From Deferrisomatales bacterium (lineage in GTDB: Bacteria > Desulfobacterota > Deferrisomatia > Deferrisomatales > JACRMM01), in assembly GCA_033551855.1 (NCBI GenBank), contig JAWSUI010000012.1, positions 19,440 to 83,439 on the forward strand: a stretch of 64,000 nt of DNA, written 5' to 3'. The position numbers and the translations under genes are program-made. This document shows positions 8,955 to 19,121 of this stretch, in pieces. Position 1 is the stretch's first letter, and each line of letters begins with the position of its first letter. The notes beneath the pieces are model-generated. The model did not search any database and was not told where the DNA came from. It was given only the letters and a program-made list of their open reading frames with translations.

Positions 8955-9109
8955 CGCATCCACCGACCCGACCAGGCCGGCGCAAGCGGGTGAAGCCCGG
9001 CGCACCGGGGACTGCGGGGACACCCCTTCGAGCGGTCGCGGATTGCGGGGCGAAACCCAGGGGCTCCCGGACCCCGCTTGCCGACCAGCCGGTGGATCCG
9101 GCAGCGGGC
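8946..9109. mobile_element. MITE-like repeat family A, copy 1 (~165 bp)
   Basis: Imperfect terminal inverted repeats around TCCACC/GGTGGA; core CGCGGATTGCGGGGCGAA shared with copies at 30.2, 43.5 and 60.6 kb. Confidence 0.75.
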
Positions 9110-10183
9110 TCATCCGGTGACGAGGCGGGCCACGTCGTTGTACATGACGTAGGCCATGAGCATCAGGAGGATCATCAGGCCCACCTGCTGGGCCACCTCC
9201 CGGTTGCGCACGCTCACCGGCTTGCCCCGCACGGCCTCGATCCCGAAGAAGAGCAGGTGCCCGCCGTCGAGAATCGGGATGGGCAGCAGGTTCAGCACAG
9301 CCAGGTTCACCGAGAGCACCGCCACCAGGAAGAGGAAGCTCACGAAACCCGCACGGGCCGTCTCGCCGGCCATCTGGGCGATGGCGATGGGCCCCCCCAG
9401 GTTGCGCGGGCTCACCCGCCCGACGATCATCTTGGCCAGGACCTCCACGGTCAGGGAGGTCCAGCGGGCGGTCTCTCGCAGGCCGACCCAGGGGGCCGCC
9501 CAGACGGGGTACCGGTGGATCTCCACGTCGCCCGAGGGGGCGATGCCGATCATGGGCCGCTCCACCACCTCACCCAGGAGGTTCCGCGAGGTCCTGCGCG
9601 TCGGCACCACGGAGATGGTCAGGAGCTCCCCGTCCCGCTCCACGCCCAGGGCGATCTCGGCGGCGCCGCCCGAGCCGGCGATGGCTTCCGCCATCTCCTC
9701 CCAGGACCCCACCGGCGCGTCCCCCACGGCCACCACCCGGTCGCCGGGCCGCAGGCCTGCCGCCGCGGCCGGCATGTCGGGGGAGACCTCCCCCACCACC
9801 GCCTGGAGGACGGGGCTGCCGAAGAGGCTCAGGAGCCCGAACACGATCACCGCCAGGACGAAGTTCATCAGGGGGCCGGCCGCGACGATGGACAGGCGGT
9901 GGGAGACCGGCCGCGCGCTGAAGCTGACCCGCCCCTCCTCGGGGGGCAGCTCCTCCTCCGGGTCCTCCCCGTGGAGCTTCACGTACCCCCCCAGGGGGAT
10001 GGCGGAGATGACGTACTCGGTCTCCGCACGCTTGGTGCCCACGAGCGTGGGCCCGAACCCGAGGGAAAACTTCAGCACCCGGACCCCGAGCCGTTTGGCC
10101 ACCAGGAAGTGGCCGAGCTCGTGGACGAAGATCAGGATGCCGAGCAGGACCAGAAACGGGACGGTAAAGTGGAAGAAGGACAT
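9110..10183 (-). CDS. rseP: RIP metalloprotease RseP
   Basis: HELGH, AGPLMN, PDZ domain, NLLPIPILDGG. Confidence 0.95.
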   Translation of the reverse strand: MSFFHFTVPFLVLLGILIFVHELGHFLVAKRLGVRVLKFSLGFGPTLVGTKRAETEYVISAIPLGGYVKLHGEDPEEELPPEEGRVSFSARPVSHRLSIVAAGPLMNFVLAVIVFGLLSLFGSPVLQAVVGEVSPDMPAAAAGLRPGDRVVAVGDAPVGSWEEMAEAIAGSGGAAEIALGVERDGELLTISVVPTRRTSRNLLGEVVERPMIGIAPSGDVEIHRYPVWAAPWVGLRETARWTSLTVEVLAKMIVGRVSPRNLGGPIAIAQMAGETARAGFVSFLFLVAVLSVNLAVLNLLPIPILDGGHLLFFGIEAVRGKPVSVRNREVAQQVGLMILLMLMAYVMYNDVARLVTG

Positions 10184-11355
10184 CAGCGCATGCTCCTGGC
10201 GCCCCTCACGGCGACCCAGTCCCGGGTGAAGGCCCGGGCCCAGCGGTCCACCTCCAGGGCGGTGTGGACCGTGTCGAGGGGGCGGGGTGAGTGGGTCTGG
10301 AGGGCCGCGTCGACCGCCTCCGGAATGGCCAGAAAGGGGAGTCGGCCCTCCAGGAAGGCCGCCACCGCGGCCTCGTTGGCCCCGGACAGGACCGCAGGGG
10401 CGGTTCCCCCCGCCCGCAGGGCCCGGTAGGCCAGGTCCAGGCAGGGGAAGGTCTGCCGGTCGGGCGGCTCGAAGGTCAGGGGGCCCGCCTCCCAGAGGTC
10501 CAGGGAGAGGTCGGGGAGGGGGAGCCGGTCCGGGTAGTGGAGGGCGTAGGCGATGGGCCCCCGCATGTCCGGAACCCCGAGCTGCGCCAGCAGGGACCCG
10601 TCGATGAACTCCACCAGGGAGTGGACGACGCTCTGGGGGTGCAGCGTGACGTCGATCCGCTCCGGCGGCACCCCGAACAGCCAGTGGGCTTCGATGACCT
10701 CGAGGCCCTTGTTCATGAGGGTAGCCGAGTCCACGGTGATCTTCGGTCCCATGGACCAGCGGGGGTGGTTCAGGGCATCGGCCACCCCGACCTCCCGGAG
10801 CCCGGCCCTGCCCTTGCCCCGAAAGGGCCCCCCGGAGGCGGTGAGGATGAGCCGGCGCACGCTCTCGGGGCTCCGCCCCTCCAGCACCTGGAAGAGCGCC
10901 GAGTGCTCGCTGTCCACGGGCAGAAGCCGGGCGCCGCTGCGCCGGGCCGCCTCCATCACCAACTCCCCCGCGGCCACCAGGGTCTCCTTGTTGGCCACGG
11001 CCACGTCCTTCCCCTCCAGGAGGGCCGCGTAGGTGGGGAGGAGCCCGGCGGCCCCGACGATGGCGGCCACGACGAGGTCCACCTCCGGTGCCGACACCAC
11101 CCGGACCAGGCCCTCGGCACCCCACACGACCTCGGTGGGGCTCCGGAGGAGAGCCGACAGCCGCTCCGCGTCCTCCGCCGTCGGCACCCCCACGAGGGTC
11201 GCCCCGGTCCGGGCCGCCTGCTCGGCGAGGCGCTCCAGCCGGCCGCCGCCGGCGGCCAGGGAGCGCACGCGAAAGTGGTCGGGGAAGCGGGACACCACGT
11301 CGAGGGTGCTCTCCCCGATGGAACCCGTGGAACCGATGACCGCCAGGCCCTTCAC
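10183..11355 (-). CDS. dxr: 1-deoxy-D-xylulose-5-phosphate reductoisomerase
   Basis: GSTGSIG, ANKE, PVDSEH, TASGGPF, HPRWSMGPKIT. Confidence 0.97.
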   Translation of the reverse strand: MKGLAVIGSTGSIGESTLDVVSRFPDHFRVRSLAAGGGRLERLAEQAARTGATLVGVPTAEDAERLSALLRSPTEVVWGAEGLVRVVSAPEVDLVVAAIVGAAGLLPTYAALLEGKDVAVANKETLVAAGELVMEAARRSGARLLPVDSEHSALFQVLEGRSPESVRRLILTASGGPFRGKGRAGLREVGVADALNHPRWSMGPKITVDSATLMNKGLEVIEAHWLFGVPPERIDVTLHPQSVVHSLVEFIDGSLLAQLGVPDMRGPIAYALHYPDRLPLPDLSLDLWEAGPLTFEPPDRQTFPCLDLAYRALRAGGTAPAVLSGANEAAVAAFLEGRLPFLAIPEAVDAALQTHSPRPLDTVHTALEVDRWARAFTRDWVAVRGARSMR

Positions 11356-11361
11356 GGGCTC

Positions 11362-12150
11362 TCAGCCTCCCAAGGAGAGAATCGCGGCATAGAGGGGCAG
11401 GGTGGGGAGGAAGCCGTCCACCCGGTCCAACACCCCCCCGTGGCCGGGAAAGACGGTTCCGGAATCCTTGACTCCCGCGCAGCGCTTGAGCAGCGACTCC
11501 AGGAGATCTCCTGCCTGGGCCACCAGGTTCAGCCCCGCCCCCAACAGGAGCCCTCCCCCGAGGGAGTGGGGTACGGGAAGGAGCACGGTCAGGAGCACGG
11601 CCACCGTCGCCGAGGCCACGAGACCCCCGGCGGACCCCTCGAGGGTCTTGTTGGGGCTCACGGCCGGGGCGAGGGGGGACGAGCCGAAGGCCCGGCCCGT
11701 GTAGTACGCCGCGGTGTCGCCCGCCCACACGACCCCCAGGAGGAAGAGCACGGCGGAGATCCCGTGGCTCCGCACCCACACCGCGTGACCCAGGAAGAAG
11801 GCCACCAGGAGCCAGGCCCCCGCCACCGCCCCCCACCGGCGCAGGGTCTCGGCGGTCGGGCCGGGCCCGAAGGCCCATCCGCCCAGGTACAGCAAGACCC
11901 CCAGCGCCAGGAGGCCCCCCGGAACCGCCGCGGAGCCGGAGAGGAAGCCCAACACGATGACCCCCGCCCAGGCGGCCACGAAGGCCTCTTCCAGGGGGTT
12001 CGCCTCGGGGCAGAACAGGCGCCGGGCCTCCCAGGCCCCGCCGGCGGCCGCCAGGGCCACCACCACCGCGAACACCGCGACCCCGCCGAGGAAGAGCACG
12101 GCGAGGAAGAGAGGACCGAGGACCAGGGCGGTCTTGACGCGGTCGTTCAC
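11362..12150 (-). CDS. cdsA: Phosphatidate cytidylyltransferase
   Basis: SPNKTLEG, GDLLESLLKR, KDSG, PGHGGVLDRVD. Confidence 0.95.
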   Translation of the reverse strand: MNDRVKTALVLGPLFLAVLFLGGVAVFAVVVALAAAGGAWEARRLFCPEANPLEEAFVAAWAGVIVLGFLSGSAAVPGGLLALGVLLYLGGWAFGPGPTAETLRRWGAVAGAWLLVAFFLGHAVWVRSHGISAVLFLLGVVWAGDTAAYYTGRAFGSSPLAPAVSPNKTLEGSAGGLVASATVAVLLTVLLPVPHSLGGGLLLGAGLNLVAQAGDLLESLLKRCAGVKDSGTVFPGHGGVLDRVDGFLPTLPLYAAILSLGG

Positions 12151-12887
12151 GGGCTGCCTCCGTTGAGCTGCTCGGTGGTCAGGCCGAATCTCCTTTCCCG
12201 CCGGGAGAACTCCCGCAGGGCCTCGCCGAAGGCGTCTTCCCGGAAGTCCGGCCACAGGGCGTCGGCGACATAGATCTCCGTGTACGCGATCTGCCAGAGG
12301 AGGAAGTTGGAGACCCGCACCTCTCCGCTGGTCCGGATCAGCAGGTCCGGGTCGGGGACGTCCGGTGCGTAGAGGTGCCGGCGGAAGGACGCCTCGTCCA
12401 GGGCGGCGGGGTCCGCGCCTTCGGCCAGGAGGGCCCGCACCGCCGCCACGATCTCGGCCCGGCCCCCATAGGACAGCGCCAGGACGAGGTCGAGCCCGGA
12501 GCACTCGCGGGTCTGCTCCTCGGCCCAGCGCAGGGCCGCCAGGCTGGCCGCCGGGAGCCGCTCCACGTCGCCGATGGAGCGCACCCGAACCCCCCGGGCC
12601 CGGAGCTCCGGCACCTCCGCCCGCAGGAAGCGGCCCAGGAGCCCCATGATCGCCCGCACTTCCCGGGCGGGGCGCTTCCAGTTTTCGGAGGAGAAGGCGT
12701 ACAGGGTCAGGTAGCGGACGCCGCTCTCCCGTGCCGCCCGGACCACCGCCCGGACCGACTCGATGCCTTCCCGGTGCCCCCGGATGCGGTGCCAGCCCCG
12801 TGCCCGGGCCCAGCGCCCGTTGCCGTCCATGATGAGGGCCACGTGTCGGGGCACGGTCGGGCTGGGGGGAGCACGGCGCGAAGGCAT
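12147..12887 (-). CDS. uppS: Undecaprenyl diphosphate synthase
   Basis: IMDGNGRWA, YAFSSENWKR, IRTSGE, SNFLLWQ. Confidence 0.97.
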   Translation of the reverse strand: MPSRRAPPSPTVPRHVALIMDGNGRWARARGWHRIRGHREGIESVRAVVRAARESGVRYLTLYAFSSENWKRPAREVRAIMGLLGRFLRAEVPELRARGVRVRSIGDVERLPAASLAALRWAEEQTRECSGLDLVLALSYGGRAEIVAAVRALLAEGADPAALDEASFRRHLYAPDVPDPDLLIRTSGEVRVSNFLLWQIAYTEIYVADALWPDFREDAFGEALREFSRRERRFGLTTEQLNGGSP

Positions 12888-12914
12888 GGCGAAGGAGGCA
12901 TCTCCGAGGGGCGG

Positions 12915-13481
12915 CTACACCTCGAGGATCTCGGCCTCTTTCTTCTTCTGGAGCTCGTCTGCCTTTTGCACGTACTGGTCCGTGATCTTCTGGACCTCAT
13001 CCTTCGTCCGCCGGACCCCGTCCTCGGGAAGGGACTCCTCCTTCTGGAGGGCGTCGAGCTGGGCGTTGGCGTCGCGCCGGGTGTTGCGGATCGCCACCTT
13101 GGCGTCCTCCGTCATCCCCCTGACGACCTTCGCGAGCTCCTTCCGGCGTTCCTCGGTGAGCTTCGGGATCGGGATGCGGATCACGTTTCCGTCGTTCGTG
13201 GGGTTGAGGTCCATCTGGGACTGGAGGATGGCCCGCTCGATGGCGGGGATGAGGGACCTGTCCCAGGGCTGGATCGCGATGAGGCGAGGCTCCGGGATGG
13301 AGAGGCTGCCCACCTGGTTGAGGGGCGTGGGCGTGCCGTAATACTCGACCCGGATGCCGTCTACCAGGCTCAGGCTCGCACGGCCCGTGCGCACCCGGCC
13401 GAAGTTGCGCTGGAGAGCCTCCAGGGCCCGCTCCATGCCCTGTTTCGCCTCGTTGACGACTGCGTCGGGGGTGTCGGCCAT
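12915..13481 (-). CDS. frr: Ribosome recycling factor
   Basis: RTGRA, YYG, LTEERRKEL, IRNTRRD. Confidence 0.97.
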   Translation of the reverse strand: MADTPDAVVNEAKQGMERALEALQRNFGRVRTGRASLSLVDGIRVEYYGTPTPLNQVGSLSIPEPRLIAIQPWDRSLIPAIERAILQSQMDLNPTNDGNVIRIPIPKLTEERRKELAKVVRGMTEDAKVAIRNTRRDANAQLDALQKEESLPEDGVRRTKDEVQKITDQYVQKADELQKKKEAEILEV

Positions 13482-13485
13482 GGCT

Positions 13486-14866
<1,381 letters not shown>

Positions 14867-14927
14867 GGCGTCACACCCTCGCGAAAAAAGTCATGTCGAG
14901 ACGACACGAAAGGTACTCCATCGACTC

Positions 14928-15707
14928 TCACGCCTCCGGCTCCACCTCGAAGGCCTCGGCCCCTTCGGGCTCGGCGCTCTCCACGGGGGAGAGCTCCCCC
15001 TCTTCCTGGGCGAAGTACTCCTGCTGCCGGCCCTTGCCCTCGAGAACGGCGTCCGCCACCTTCGAAGTGAAGAGCTTGATGGACCGGATGGCGTCGTCGT
15101 TGCCCGGGATGGGGTGGTCGATGAGCTCGGGGTCGCAGTTGGTGTCGGCGATGGCCACGATCGGGATTCCCAGCCGGTTCGCCTCGCGCACGGCGATGTC
15201 CTCCCGGGCCGGGTCGACGATGAAGACGACCTTCGGCAGGTTCTTCATGTCCTTGATCCCGCCCAGTGCCCGCTCCGCCTTGGCCTTTTCCCGCTGGATC
15301 CTGAGACCCTCCTTCTTGGGCAGCAGATCGAGGGTGCCGTCGGTGAGGATGCGCTCCATCTCCCGGTAGCGCTCGATGCTGCGCTTGATGGTCTGGAAGT
15401 TGGTCAGGGTGCCCCCCAGCCAGCGGTGGTTGACGAAGTACTCGCCGCAGCGGTTCGCCTCTTCCTGGATGATGTCTGCCGCCTGGCGCTTGGTGCCCAC
15501 GAAGAGCACGCGCCCCCCGCGGGAGGCCACGTCCCGGATGACGTCGTAGGACGTCCGGAACAGCTTGACGGTCTGGGACAGGTCCACGATGTGGATCCCG
15601 TTGCGCTCCGTGAAGATGAAGCGTTTCATCTTGGGGTTCCACCGGTGGGTCTGGTGGCCGAAGTGGACGCCGGCCTCCAGCATTTCTCGCATTGTTGCCG
15701 TTGCCAT
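14928..15707 (-). CDS. rpsB: 30S ribosomal protein S2
   Basis: [30 protein letters not shown]. Confidence 0.97.
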   Translation of the reverse strand: MATATMREMLEAGVHFGHQTHRWNPKMKRFIFTERNGIHIVDLSQTVKLFRTSYDVIRDVASRGGRVLFVGTKRQAADIIQEEANRCGEYFVNHRWLGGTLTNFQTIKRSIERYREMERILTDGTLDLLPKKEGLRIQREKAKAERALGGIKDMKNLPKVVFIVDPAREDIAVREANRLGIPIVAIADTNCDPELIDHPIPGNDDAIRSIKLFTSKVADAVLEGKGRQQEYFAQEEGELSPVESAEPEGAEAFEVEPEA

Positions 15708-15808
15708 GGGGTTCCTCCGCGTGTGGTTTTTTGTTCCTCCGCCCCCTTCGTCCCGCCTTCCGACGTCGGGACCGCCCCGACGCACCACCGGCAGTCAGGG
15801 GGCGTGTG
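15708..15808 (-). promoter_or_regulatory. Structured rpsB leader (t44/S2 autoregulatory leader-like)
   Basis: CACAC-GCCCCC...GGTG...GGGGGC-GGAGG enclosing stem in the 5' UTR. Confidence 0.5.
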
Positions 15809-15824
15809 AAATGGCAAGCGCGTA

Positions 15825-15854
15825 TTTATAGGACAGAGGGGCGCGACAGTTCAA
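15825..15854 (-). promoter_or_regulatory. Putative rpsB promoter
   Basis: TTGAAC-18-TATAAA upstream of the leader. Confidence 0.45.
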
Positions 15855-16082
15855 GAAAAAAGCCCGTTCCGGGGTCCACCGCCCGGGACGTGCCCGGGGC
15901 CGGGGAGCCCCTCCGCTGCACTCCAGGGCTCCCCGGCCCCGCCCGGAAACCTGTCGAGATCCTCTTGGTCGCCGGCGACGGTGCGCCCCCCGGCTTGACG
16001 TCCCCCTCGGGGGGTGCTTGACTGGCGGAGCCGGCCTGCGCAGGGCGCCGGCTCGTGCATCCCGAACCCCGGGAGGTGCCCC

Positions 16083-16424
16083 GTGAAGCTGATCCAGGCC
16101 ATCGTCAACACCGACCGACTCGACGCCATCCGGGATCGGCTCTTCGAGCTCGGCGCCCCGGGGCTCACCGTGGACAGCGTGACCGGGATCGGAAAGCCCC
16201 TCGGCCAGATGCGCTACTCCGAGACTCGGGGGTTCGTGCCGAGGTTCTTCCCCAACAGCCGGGTACAGGTGGTCCTGGAAGACGACCGGGTGCCCGAGGT
16301 GGTGGCGGCGATCCAGGAGGTCTGCCGGACGGGGCACTTCGGCGACGGCAAGATCTTCGTCATCCCGGTGGAGGAGGTCGTGCGGATCCGCACCGGGGAG
16401 ACGGGCAAGCAGGCCCTGTACTGA
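16083..16424 (+). CDS. P-II family signal transduction protein (atypical)
   Basis: RTGHFGDGKIFV B-loop and RIRTGE C-loop; GGAGG RBS. Confidence 0.9.
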   Translation: MKLIQAIVNTDRLDAIRDRLFELGAPGLTVDSVTGIGKPLGQMRYSETRGFVPRFFPNSRVQVVLEDDRVPEVVAAIQEVCRTGHFGDGKIFVIPVEEVVRIRTGETGKQALY

Positions 16425-16510
16425 CTGCCGCCCCCCCGGGGACGAGTGAGTTGCCCATGCCCTTCGGGTCACCCCGAGGGATGAAACGCCGACCGGTCGC
16501 GGGCCGGTCG

Positions 16511-16547
16511 CCCTCACCCCAGTCCCCTCTCCCGGGGGGAGAGGGGA
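16511..16547. repeat. CCCTCACCCC...CCCTCTCCC/GGGAGAGGG palindromic REP-like unit
   Basis: TCCCCTCTCCC-GGG-GGGAGAGGGGA hairpin between convergent genes. Confidence 0.6.
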
Positions 16548-16599
16548 TTCAAGGAAGGTGCGTTTCTTTCCGGGCGCGGCGGGTCCGAGACCGGAGCTT

Positions 16600-16668
16600 C
16601 GAACCTGGAACCTCGAACTTCGAACCTCGAACAGCCCCCAGCCCTCCGTCCTCAGTCCTCGGGCCTCC
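16600..16668. repeat. Heptamer tandem repeats (CGAACCT-type, then GTCCTCN-type)
   Basis: cgaacct ggaacct cgaactt cgaacct cgaacag; gccctcc gtcctca gtcctcg ggcctcc. Confidence 0.75.
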
Positions 16669-17575
16669 GGAGCAAGGGGGACTCCAGGGGCACGAGTTGG
16701 ATCTCGATCCGCCGGTTTCGGGCCCGCCCCTCGGGCGTGTCGTTGGGGCCCACCGGCCGATAGGGGCCGAAGCCGGCGGCCGACAGCCTCTCGGGGGGGA
16801 TCCCCGCCGACTCCTGGAGGTAGCGCACCACACTCGTGGCGCGGGCCGTCGAGAGCTCCCAGTTGGTGGGAAACACCCTGGCCAGCTCCCCGGAGATCCG
16901 CCGGTCGTCGGTGTGCCCCTCGATGACGATGGCCTTGTCCTCGAGGCCCTTGAGGACCTCGCCGACCCGGGCCAGGACCTCCCTCCCCTCGGCCTTGACG
17001 GCAGCGCTGCCCGAGTCGAACAGGATCTCGTCGAGCAGGTTGACGCTGAGCTGCCCCTTGAGCTGGGAGATGGTGACCCGGCCCCGCTCCACCTCCTCCC
17101 GCATCCCCTCCACCAACCCGTCGTAGGTGCGGGCGATCTCGTCGAGCTTCTCGCGCTTCTCCCGCTCCAGCCGCTCCTTCTCCAGGGCGAGAACCTCGAT
17201 CTGCGCGTCGCGCTGGGCCAACTGCCCCCGGAAGGACTCCTCCGCCGCGACCCTGGACCGCCTTTGGAGGTCCAGGTCGGCCTGGAGCCCGGCCTCCCGG
17301 TCCAGGCACCGCTCCAGCTCCCCGCTGACCTGCCCCCCCGCGCCCTCGGCCCGGCGCACGTCCTCCTGCAGCCGGACGTTCTCGTTCCGGCAGGCGGAGA
17401 GGCCCGCCTCCGCCTCGCCCCGCCGGGCCGCCTCCGCCTCGAGACGGGCCTGGAGGTCCGCGGTCCGGGCTTCCAGGTCCTGGGTCCGGACCACCTGCCC
17501 CTGGTAGAGCTCCTTGGAGACCCCGCACCCGGCCAGCGCGGCCGCTGTCACCAAGAGGATGCCGATACGTCTCAT
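16652..17575 (-). CDS. OmpA/MotB C-terminal domain lipoprotein with coiled coil
   Basis: LAGC lipobox, coiled coil, ILFDSG, IEGHTD, NWELSTARA, NRRIEI. Confidence 0.9.
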   Translation of the reverse strand: MRRIGILLVTAAALAGCGVSKELYQGQVVRTQDLEARTADLQARLEAEAARRGEAEAGLSACRNENVRLQEDVRRAEGAGGQVSGELERCLDREAGLQADLDLQRRSRVAAEESFRGQLAQRDAQIEVLALEKERLEREKREKLDEIARTYDGLVEGMREEVERGRVTISQLKGQLSVNLLDEILFDSGSAAVKAEGREVLARVGEVLKGLEDKAIVIEGHTDDRRISGELARVFPTNWELSTARATSVVRYLQESAGIPPERLSAAGFGPYRPVGPNDTPEGRARNRRIEIQLVPLESPLLRRPED

Positions 17576-17646
17576 GCCTTTCCTCCCTTCCTCCCATACC
17601 TCGTCGATATCTTGGGTGCTTCTCTGGGCAAGGAGCCGGAACACCT

Positions 17647-17738
17647 TGGCTCACCCGGTGAATGACCGGGTACTCGTCTCCAGGGACGATCGGGTGGGCC
17701 CGACCACGTAGCTCGACCGGACCAGCTGCTTCGGGAGA
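17647..17738 (+). repeat. Truncated copy of MITE family C
   Basis: Aligns by eye with the first half of 47264-47474 (CAGGGACGAYCGGGTGGGYCCG), with an internal deletion. Confidence 0.6.
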
Positions 17739-17741
17739 CCC

Positions 17742-17808
17742 GTAGGGTGGGCACCGCCCACCGCAACCACGGCCACGACCGGAAACCGGTGGGCCGTGCC
17801 CACCCTAC
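17742..17808. repeat. GTAG-family REP doublet (REPIN-like), copy 1
   Basis: GTAGGGTGGGCACCGCCCACC ... GGTGGGCCGTGCCCACCCTAC inverted pair. Confidence 0.8.
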
Positions 17809-17907
17809 CGCCGGCCTTCGGCCCGTCTCGTGGTCCGGAGACCCCTCCCACAACGGCTCAAGCACGACGGCCTCCGGCCCACAACCTCTCCGGACGACCC
17901 CCCCCTC

Positions 17908-18762
17908 TCACCGGGGGGCCGGGTGGCCGGCAGGGCAGCCTGCCGCCGCCCTGCCCCCCTCCTCCCCGCCCTCCTCCGGGGAAAACACGGTGGTCACCGT
18001 GATCGCCTCGCAGGCGGTGCAGTCGAGACATCGGATGCAGTGCCCGGTGTTCGCGCCTTCGTAGACCCGGATCTCCATCGGGCACACGGCGAGGCACTTG
18101 TCGCAGTGGGTGCACCGGTCGGCGTCCCAGCGCAGGCGCAGGAAGCTCAGGCGGTTGAAGAGCCCCAGGAGCGCCCCGAGGGGGCAGGATGTCTGGCAGA
18201 ACGGCCGCCGGGCCACCACCGAGGAGGCCAGGAAGAAGAGCAGAATCGCCATCTTGATCCAGAACAGGTCCCGGACCAGGGCCCGGATGTCGGGGCTGAG
18301 GACCACCCACGGCACCCCCCCCATGAGGGTGCCCACAGGGCAGAGCTTCGAGAACCAGCTCTCCCCGCTGAACCAGGGCACCACGAAGACCAGGGAGATC
18401 AGGAAGAGGTATGGGAAAGGGCGCACGTAGCGCGGCAGGGCGATCTTGACGGACGGCACCTTGTAGAGGAGCTCCTGGAGAAACCCGAAAGGGCAGAGGG
18501 TGCCGCAGGGCATGCGCCCCACGAGGGCGCCGACGGCCCCCAGGGACCCCAGGACGTAGTACGGCACCCGGTGGAGGACCATGAAGTGCTGGATCGCCCC
18601 GATGGGGCAGGAGAAGAGGGCCGAGGGGCACGCGTAGCAGTTGAGGACCGGGACGCACACGCCCTTGGCCCGCCCCTGATACAAGGTCTTGGCGAGGAAG
18701 CCCTGGACGTAGGCGTTGGCGCCGAGGGCCGCCGCGAGCTGTGCGTACCGCCTCGTCCTCAT
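17908..18762 (-). CDS. Membrane polyferredoxin, 4Fe-4S binding protein (NapH/MauN-like)
   Basis: NCYACP, CPIG, CGTLCPFG, CQTSCPLG, CTHCDKCLAVCP, CIRCLDCTAC; TM helices. Confidence 0.9.
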   Translation of the reverse strand: MRTRRYAQLAAALGANAYVQGFLAKTLYQGRAKGVCVPVLNCYACPSALFSCPIGAIQHFMVLHRVPYYVLGSLGAVGALVGRMPCGTLCPFGFLQELLYKVPSVKIALPRYVRPFPYLFLISLVFVVPWFSGESWFSKLCPVGTLMGGVPWVVLSPDIRALVRDLFWIKMAILLFFLASSVVARRPFCQTSCPLGALLGLFNRLSFLRLRWDADRCTHCDKCLAVCPMEIRVYEGANTGHCIRCLDCTACEAITVTTVFSPEEGGEEGGRAAAGCPAGHPAPR

Positions 18763-18813
18763 GACCTCTCCGGGGCGCGGCGACGTGCCCCCGGTGCCTC
18801 CGGTGCCTGTCGT

Positions 18814-18829
18814 GGGGTCACCCGACCCC
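18814..18829 (-). promoter_or_regulatory. Putative bacterial SECIS hairpin
   Basis: GGGGUC-GGGU-GACCCC stem-loop starting 12 nt after the UGA, with a G-first loop. Confidence 0.65.
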
Positions 18830-19066
18830 GATGCAGCTCAGTCAGAGGAGCTGGCCGTTGAGGAGGACGGTCCCCCATTCCCCGAGCGAGAGCCCCAGGG
18901 TCAAGGACACCACCGCGAGCACGAGGACTGCGACCCAGGCCGTGCGCCTCCAGGCCAGGGCCCGGCGCCCGCCCCCCGCCGTCGCGGCCAGCAGCCCGAG
19001 CAGCCCGAGAAGGACCGCCAACCCGCCCGCCTCCCCCCAGGTCAGGAGTTCGTCCCAGCGTTCCAT
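18818..19066 (-). CDS. Small membrane protein with C-terminal UxxC motif, putative selenoprotein (CD1871A-like CxxC family)
   Basis: Reading through TGA at 18842-18844 gives ...LLNGQLL-U-LSCIGVG*; SECIS-like hairpin follows. Confidence 0.8.
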
Positions 19067-19121
19067 CCTACCTCCCCGCCCCTGTTCGGCCCCGCGCCCG
19101 CCCCCCCGGACCCGGGGCGCC

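Noticed and set aside
16448..16488. GAGTTGCCCATGCCCTTCGGGTCACCCCGAGGGATGAAA as a structured RNA
   Set aside because: Single copy in the window; looks like another small repeat fragment but cannot be supported without a search
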